A stretch of DNA of 64,000 nt from Schizochytrium sp. TIO01 (Eukaryota > Protista > Bigyra: Labyrinthulomycetes), in the NCBI GenBank assembly GCA_004764695.1, contig SMSO01000006.1, forward strand, positions 1,503,859 to 1,567,858, written 5' to 3'. The notes beneath the pieces were generated by a model. It did no database searches, was not told the origin of the DNA, and saw nothing but the letters and a program-made list of their open reading frames with translations. Both the position numbers and the translations under genes were made by a program. Shown in pieces: positions 57,061 through 64,000 of this stretch (positions are counted from its first letter, which is position 1; each line of letters opens with the position of its first letter).

Positions 57061-58314
57061 ATGACTCAAGAGAGCATGCTTCGACAAGTCCTCCTCCAGC
57101 CAACGACTATGGGCAAGGGACCCAAACATGCCCTAGAGCTCAAGAATCGAGTCATCATGTCGCCAATGACACGTGCTAGAAATGACGACAACTTCGTACC
57201 CCAAGACTTCCTGGCCACGTCCTATGCACAGCGTGCATCTACGGGACTCATCATTACCGAAGCCACGGCCTTCAATCAGGCAGGAGCTGGGTGGTTTCGT
57301 GCGCCTGGAATCTGGACCCAAGAGATGATTGACGCCTGGAAGCCCATCACTAAGGCTGTTCACGATGAAGGCGGCAAGATTGCGATGCAGCTTTGGCACA
57401 TGGGACGTCAAGCACACTCCGATGTGACGGGCCAGCGACCTGTCAGCGCCAGTGAAATCTCGCTTACTGTGCCTGTTACAGCCAAGCACGGCGAGAAAAA
57501 GGATCCGGAAACCCCTAAGGCTATGACAGCCGAAGATATCGCCCAGACTGTCAAGGAGTATGGCGAAGGCGCTCGTAATGCCCTCGAAGCTGGATTTGAT
57601 GCTGTGGAGATTCATGGTGCAAATGGCTACCTCGTCGACCAATGTATCCAAAGCACTTCGAACAAGCGTACCGATCAGTATGGTGGTTCCGTCGAAAATC
57701 GCCTGCGCTTTCTGCGCGAAGTTGTAAAAGAGTGTCTCAAGTATGTGCCGAAGGAGCGTCTTGGCGTTCGCTTATCCCCGAATGGCAAGGCTGGCGACAT
57801 GGGCAGTGAAGACAACAATGGAACATTCTCTGAGGCCATTCACTACATTGCAAGCGAACATCTGGGCTTCGTCGATCTGATGGTGGGTCTCGATTTCGGG
57901 TTCCATGGGCTGTCAGAATCTTTTACGACCAAGATGGGCCGCGATGCTATTCGTGCGGCTCAGAAAGACGAAGAAATTACCACCATGCTCTTGGCAAATG
58001 TAGGCTTTACCAAAGATAGCGCAGAGGCCGAGCTTGAAGTAGCGCAGGCTGAAAAGCCTTACGTCGATATGGCAATAGCATTTGGGCGTTCGCTTATCAC
58101 CAATCCTGACCTTGTCGAACGTTTTGAGAACGGTCCTGACCTTGTCGAACGTTTTGAGAACGGATGGGAGTTGAGCCCTGACGCTGAGTATCTTGCGTTG
58201 TGGCACGACAATACAGAGAAGGGATACACGAATTTCCCCAAATACAAGAACTTCAATCAGCCAGAAACAAGTTTAGCTGCTACTATAGAGGAAAAGTGTT
58301 GTAGCATTTCCTAA
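57061..58314 (+). CDS. Old Yellow Enzyme family protein, copy 5 (internal 10-aa duplication, extended C-terminus)
   Basis: EIHGANGYL and the full motif set; PDLVERFENG occurs twice. Start chosen at MTQE by similarity to copy 4; an alternative ATG lies at 57052. Confidence 0.88.
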   Translation: MTQESMLRQVLLQPTTMGKGPKHALELKNRVIMSPMTRARNDDNFVPQDFLATSYAQRASTGLIITEATAFNQAGAGWFRAPGIWTQEMIDAWKPITKAVHDEGGKIAMQLWHMGRQAHSDVTGQRPVSASEISLTVPVTAKHGEKKDPETPKAMTAEDIAQTVKEYGEGARNALEAGFDAVEIHGANGYLVDQCIQSTSNKRTDQYGGSVENRLRFLREVVKECLKYVPKERLGVRLSPNGKAGDMGSEDNNGTFSEAIHYIASEHLGFVDLMVGLDFGFHGLSESFTTKMGRDAIRAAQKDEEITTMLLANVGFTKDSAEAELEVAQAEKPYVDMAIAFGRSLITNPDLVERFENGPDLVERFENGWELSPDAEYLALWHDNTEKGYTNFPKYKNFNQPETSLAATIEEKCCSIS

Positions 58315-60663
58315 CTTGAACAAGTTTGTATAGAGCAAACAAATTTATATAGATATTCTAGAACGTTTCTATAAACTAGAGAGGATAGTTGAAGAATATG
58401 GAATGTTTTGATGGTAAATAAATCAATAAGAAATTCACCTAAAAGAGCAAGCAAGATAGAACATTATAAGATATAGATCATGTTAAGATTGAACGTTTGA
58501 AGATTTGATTTGTCAATACGGCCAACAGCTGCTCTTCGTTTGATCCATGTATTTCTTACTTTGTTTGTTATTAACTTCTAATTCTAAAGAATAAAATAAT
58601 CTGCACTAGATTTATGTACAAAACTCGATGGCGCGCTGTTCTATACAGTGCGCAAAGACTTCAGGGTTCAATTCATTGCGCGAGGTTGTACCAAAATCGG
58701 GTATCACAGGTCTCACAGGGACATTTTTTAATATGGAGAACGTAGGCTTGGCGCAATTGAACATTCAAAATGTCGAGGGAAAACTCTTTCTGTTCTATTG
58801 TTGCACAAAGCCAGCTGCGAGGTCCTGATTAGCATCAAGAACACTGAGGGAGGCTGCCTCGAGGCTATACATGAAACCAGCCTGAAACATGCGATGATCA
58901 AGCTACTTTGGGATGCAACTTGTCCGGAGTGATTGCAGAACTTACGAGGGCATAGCTTCATGATTAAGCTCTTACAGGATCCGATATGTGTTGCGATAGG
59001 CTGAAATAAGCAGAACTCCGCTTCTCTCCATCAACCTCTCAGAAGTTATAAGAGGCCTTCATTTCCTTCGATCAATAAATTAGAGCTTCGTTTTAGAGAG
59101 CTCTACCTCCTGCTAACCTAATATTTAGTATTACCGATTGAGCTACGCTAAACACTTGTTAATATCAGTAATTTGATGTGGCCAATGCTTGAGCAGATAT
59201 CTACCAGAAGTTTATTTACAGACTTATAATTTTATAGTGACGAACTACCAATTAAGTTAGGACTCGCACACTTGTATACTCGCAATATTCCATGGAAGTT
59301 TACATTGTTCTTTCAACTCATTGACAAACGAACTGGAGATTGCTCAAGTTAATTTTAGAGTCAATATGACAATCAGCAGGTTCACTCAGGCCTATATAAA
59401 ATAGCTTAAGTGGCAGGCAACCCATGTTCTCAACTTTTTTGCTTCCAAAGTATAAGGATTCCAACAATGGGCCTTACCTTGGGTGCTTAGCTTCCCATCA
59501 CGATTTAGTTAATGCCACAAGGACGCATCAGGTTATTCTGCTTACTGATCTCTCTCCCGATTGCTATCCTAGATGGACCTTGTATATATTTTTGAGATGT
59601 ATATATCAGACATTTTCTGGTATATTCCAATACTAGCTGAAACGCACCTTGGCTTTAAAAATAAAGATAAGTAATGTGTATGAGAGGCTAGAAACTTAGA
59701 GAGGCTTTCGTCATTAGCGAAGTACTGGTTAAGTAGAGATAGGTATGAGGAGATGAAGACGACGCGGGATCACCTTGCGGGAGCATGGAGTTGAAATCCT
59801 CTGAGTCATTATTTCCCAAGTGTGTTATCTTGAAGGGGCCATCAAACATTTTCTGGTATATTCCAATTTACCACTTTAATGGTAGCCCCCGAGCATCCCA
59901 TACATGTATTATGGTCTACTGAATCGACTGTATCCAAAAAAATCTTTTCTCTGTTTCTCTGTACATAACATGTATTGAATAAAGAAATACTTATACATGA
60001 TAGAAGATCATACGTACAACGGTACACACCTTATGTCTGTTATTTGAGATCTGCGTTTGAGAGGCCGATTATGATTCTCGTTTCACAAAACCATGCATGC
60101 AAACGGGAGGCCACCATAAGGCTCTGAGGTTGATGGTAAATCAACCCGCATTTGCCGTGCGATCGTACCCTAGCGTCACAGCAGCCTAGCGATTGGTTGA
60201 TCAACTTGCCGAAAATCTTCGGATCTTCGGGTAAGTTGTGAGCTATTGCCGGTCCGACGCAAAAGTTGAAAGATTTCTTATGTTCATAACGACTTCTGTT
60301 TAGCCCAGGCCCCGTTTAGATCCCGAGTGGGGCGATTCTCGAAGACTGGAAGGACCTCCCAAGTGGCGATGCAGCTTAAGTGGCAAATCGGCGTTTCTTA
60401 AGAATGCCGGCAAACCCCGCGACATTTAGCGAACAACTCATCCAAACGTCATTTTAAAGACATTTGGATAATCGGGGAATTCTCGTTTGATTAGGTTAGT
60501 GTGACGATACCAACCTTGTAATACGAAGCACTTGCAATCAAGAAGAAGGAGCTCAAGGCAAAGAGTAAACCAAATCCGAAACATTCAAAGGCAAAACCTG
60601 AAGTCCTACGTCGAGGAAGCCTACCGTCTGAGATTTCTAGGGAGTAGATTAGAGCAAGACAAG

Positions 60664-61809
60664 ATGAAGCTTCTACAGCGTGCAGTATTGGGCGAAGGCA
60701 CAGAGCATGAAATGCGCGTAAAAAATAGAGTATTCATGGCACCGCTTACTCGCGGTAGAGCATCGGAAGATCATGTACCAACGAAGCAGATGATCAAGTA
60801 CTACGCAGACCGTGCGTCGGCAGGCTTGCTTATTGCTGAGGGTACCGGCATCAGCCAGACAGGTATGGGATGGTTTTGTGCACCCGGACTATGGACCGAT
60901 GAAATGGTTGAAGCATGGAAACCTGTCACAGAAGCAGTTCACCAACGTGGTGGAAAGATCTATCCCCAACTTTGGCACCTTGGTAGACAAAGTCACTCAG
61001 ATGTCATTAAGACAACGCCCGTAAGTGCGAGCCCTGTCCCGCTCACAGCGCCAGTGACCGGCCGGAACCACGAAAAGAAGGAGCCAGAGACTCCGCACGC
61101 GCTCACGGTTGAAGAAATTGCGGCTACAGTGAAGGACTATGGCCATGCTGCACGCAATGCTTTGAAAGCTGGCTTCGATGGTGTAGAGATCCACTCTGCT
61201 AATGGCTATCTCATTGATCAATTTACGCAATCCGCGTCGAACAAACGCAGTGACAGGTATGGTGGCAGCATCGAAAACAAGCTTCGTTTCTTTACAGAGG
61301 TTGTGGACGAGATCGCTAGTGTCGTGCCTAAAGAGCGCATGGGTGCTCGCCTTTCCCCGAATGGAGCCTTTGGCGAAGTTGGCTCAGAAGATAATATCGA
61401 CACCTTCGATGCAGCTGTTGAAATGCTTGCTAAAAAGCGCATCGGGTACATTCATCTCATGGATGGCCTTAGCTGGGGTTTCCATGATAAGTGTGAACCA
61501 TACACTGCCAAGCGCGCACGAGAGATCATTCGTAGGGTTCAGAAGGATGAAGGCATTTGCACCATGCTAGTTGTAAATGTGGGATACACCAAGGAGTCTG
61601 CCGAACAGGTGTTGCAGGAAGGTCTACAGGAAGAGCCCTACGTGGACCAAGCCGTTGCTTTCGGTCGTTTGTTCATCAGCAACCCTGATCTTGTAGAACG
61701 CTTCGAAAACGATTGGCCCCTTGCCAAAGAAGCACCTTACGTCGACTGGTGGGGACGAACTACTGAAGAGGGTTATAACACCTACCCTTCCTATGATAAA
61801 GAGGAATAA
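60664..61809 (+). CDS. Old Yellow Enzyme family ene-reductase, copy 6
   Basis: Start at caagATG 60664 (MKLLQRAVLGEG); EIHSANGYL and the full motif set. Confidence 0.95.
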   Translation: MKLLQRAVLGEGTEHEMRVKNRVFMAPLTRGRASEDHVPTKQMIKYYADRASAGLLIAEGTGISQTGMGWFCAPGLWTDEMVEAWKPVTEAVHQRGGKIYPQLWHLGRQSHSDVIKTTPVSASPVPLTAPVTGRNHEKKEPETPHALTVEEIAATVKDYGHAARNALKAGFDGVEIHSANGYLIDQFTQSASNKRSDRYGGSIENKLRFFTEVVDEIASVVPKERMGARLSPNGAFGEVGSEDNIDTFDAAVEMLAKKRIGYIHLMDGLSWGFHDKCEPYTAKRAREIIRRVQKDEGICTMLVVNVGYTKESAEQVLQEGLQEEPYVDQAVAFGRLFISNPDLVERFENDWPLAKEAPYVDWWGRTTEEGYNTYPSYDKEE

Positions 61810-62088
61810 TTTTCCATTTTTTTATTTTTTATTTTACAAATCTATTTGTCTTCATTTCTACTTGCGAAGTTTGCTTGTCTCCTTACTAGAGAATTGATTT
61901 TTAATTATATTCACTGTACACTCGAAGAAACTGTAGAATGCAGCTGGTGCACTATACCTAGCTGGTGGCGCAGGTCTTGTTGCTATAACAAATTTGAGTA
62001 GCACGTTAGATCAAATCCATTTCAAATAAAGTCTTTCCCCATCAAGGCATAGCAAAAGATAGTACAAGGAATATTAACTTGTATTGGT

Positions 62089-64000
62089 TTACATGTCTTC
62101 ATCATCATCATCATCATCAAGGCGATTATTTGTGGTAGACTGAATGTCTGCAGCGTTACGTGCAACGGTGGTCTCGTCCATATCAATCGCGATACAATGC
62201 GTTACTGCATACAAGAGTTTTTCTGCGCAGGTCTCCTTGCTCGTATACATCGGTAAATCTAACGAGAAGAAGCACGTGTGAGCAGTCGGAAGCATCTTGT
62301 CGGCTGATAAAGAGTTACGCACAGACAGTTTGGAGATTTTGTGTTTGCGATCCCAGTCCTGAGACGAGGAAGGCAAGCGAGATCGACCCCAAACAAAACG
62401 AAGGTATCGCTGACGGTCCTCTTGGGAAAAGTCGTGAAGCACCTGCCAAAATAGTTGCACAGATGGCGTTGTCTCCGATACGCCATCTCCATAGATGGTG
62501 TTGGCTTTGAGGATATCAATGTCAACTTCAGGAGGACCACACACCATGAGTTCTAGCTCTTGCGAGGTAAAAATACTCAACAAATTCCGAGGAACCTGCG
62601 TGGCCAGCCCACGCGCAATTGCAGCGCATGGGCGGTCCAGCTCGTGAATTCGTGCTCGAGCCAGCGCACGCAAGAAATCATCGCGACGCTTCATAGTCAC
62701 AGGAGTTGCATTACCACCGGGTAAGAGCTCCACGATCCGTCCATCCGAACCTTTCATTGTAAATTTAAGGTCAAGGCGTCCCATTTCTTCTTCATCTTTA
62801 GCTTCACGCACTGCCTTCACAAGCTTAAAGAAACCTAAATCAAACGAGAAAACATCATCCAGGGTCACATTGTCACTGCATAGTTGTTTCCATACAAAAG
62901 AGGGCATATCGAGAACAAATGGATTCTTTGTGCGCATGGCAATACCCATCAGTTTACCCACAAATTCAAACATGCGCAATGCAATGTGGCTTGTTGCGGA
63001 AGCTACTGGCAGCCACTTGCCTCTACAATCACCCTCATTCGCAACTTGGTTAGGACAAGGTACAAATAAGGGCAAGGCCGGAGTTAGCAGCTCCTGACAA
63101 GCTTGGTTGAATACATCACGGTATGGGCCGCCGTAATCATCAGCACGTTCTCCCGCAAGGATGGTATACCAGGCCCGGTGGGAATTCCGTAAGAGACTGG
63201 CATCTTGAACCGCCGGAGTTGGCGCAAGCAATGGATTACGCTCTGATTTTTCTTCCGAGCCATTTCCATGTAGCTGGGAAAACAGCTGGCCGAAAACAGT
63301 ACGAGTGCCTTTAAGATCCACCCTGCCTGACTTGAGAAACTGAGCTGCCTTGTTGCGATCCAACGTCACTGTCGGAACCTTGTTTTGCTGCATCCAGTGG
63401 TCATCACCAGAGTGCGAGTCTGTCAAAACACGTTCAAACAATGCCTTTTTGACGGAACTCATTACTACACCGCGAACATTACGCAGAGCAGCTGCCAGCG
63501 CAGACTCATGTGTTGCACAGCTGAGGTCCACCAGGGGAAGAACATGTGCCAAACGCCGATTGAAGTTTCTCAACAAAAGGAATCGGAGCTGCAGAGTGAG
63601 GAGCGGGATATTCTCGAGTAATTTGTACCTCATTAACTCCTCGTCTGTGGGTTCTAAATCATTCGGGGATAGGGTTAACGGATCTTCCCCACGCTTAGAG
63701 CAGACTGCATTCACAAGACGCACAAGCTCACAATCGTGATCTAGGGTCAATGGGGCAAACATTTGGTGAAACAGCTCAAGTCGTGCTGCATTGCGAGGCT
63801 CCAAAGCAATGCGCTTTGTTGTCTCACGAGAGTAAAGCGGAGAAATAGTCATGCGGTAGCCCCATTCCTTCGAGGTTCCACGTTTCCGATCTGCATAAGC
63901 ACGGCGTGCTGAAATTTGTGAAAGTCCATCTTGACTGCCTGGACTGTTTGACTGAATTAAATTCGAAACTTGTGCATCGTCATCGCTCACTCCAGCAGAA
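62089..64000 (-). CDS. HECT E3 ubiquitin ligase, HERC1/HERC2-like C-terminal part (5' end beyond window)
   Basis: Frame is open to the right edge. GERADDYGGPYR, LPLFVPCPN, FEFVGKLMGIAMRT, ELELMVCG.P.VDIDILK, YLRFVWGRSRLP and catalytic LPTAHTCFFSLDLP. Confidence 0.93.
   Translation of the reverse strand, partial: SAGVSDDDAQVSNLIQSNSPGSQDGLSQISARRAYADRKRGTSKEWGYRMTISPLYSRETTKRIALEPRNAARLELFHQMFAPLTLDHDCELVRLVNAVCSKRGEDPLTLSPNDLEPTDEELMRYKLLENIPLLTLQLRFLLLRNFNRRLAHVLPLVDLSCATHESALAAALRNVRGVVMSSVKKALFERVLTDSHSGDDHWMQQNKVPTVTLDRNKAAQFLKSGRVDLKGTRTVFGQLFSQLHGNGSEEKSERNPLLAPTPAVQDASLLRNSHRAWYTILAGERADDYGGPYRDVFNQACQELLTPALPLFVPCPNQVANEGDCRGKWLPVASATSHIALRMFEFVGKLMGIAMRTKNPFVLDMPSFVWKQLCSDNVTLDDVFSFDLGFFKLVKAVREAKDEEEMGRLDLKFTMKGSDGRIVELLPGGNATPVTMKRRDDFLRALARARIHELDRPCAAIARGLATQVPRNLLSIFTSQELELMVCGPPEVDIDILKANTIYGDGVSETTPSVQLFWQVLHDFSQEDRQRYLRFVWGRSRLPSSSQDWDRKHKISKLSVRNSLSADKMLPTAHTCFFSLDLPMYTSKETCAEKLLYAVTHCIAIDMDETTVARNAADIQSTTNNRLDDDDDDEDM

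Overview
Eukaryotic nuclear DNA, mostly intron-poor genes and microsatellite-rich spacers. It looks like a stramenopile protist, possibly a thraustochytrid, but that is inferred and not shown by the sequence. Twelve of the 13 genes are readable as intronless frames and one (RPL22) is spliced. In order: an SLC5/SGLT-type Na+/sugar symporter (minus, runs off the left edge, absent from the ORF track), eIF3 subunit e, a kinesin with kinesin-3-like motor and neck, a 1876-aa TPR protein with a possible degenerate HET/TIR-like N-terminal domain, a ~17.8 kb stretch with no credible ORF, an ETHE1-type persulfide dioxygenase, 60S ribosomal protein L22 in three exons, a tandem array of six Old Yellow Enzyme (OYE) flavin reductases, and the C-terminal part of a HERC-like HECT E3 ligase (runs off the right edge). 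The best leads: (1) the diversifying OYE array, where one near-identical duplicate has lost the catalytic Asn and another has an internal 30-nt duplication and a CaaX-like tail; (2) heavily base-paired RPL22 introns, possibly autoregulatory or hosting ncRNA; (3) altered Na+ and sugar-site residues in the SGLT; (4) the gene desert with clustered GCACGTGC palindromes and a low-GC block. I did not recognise any rRNA, tRNA, CRISPR array or intact mobile element.
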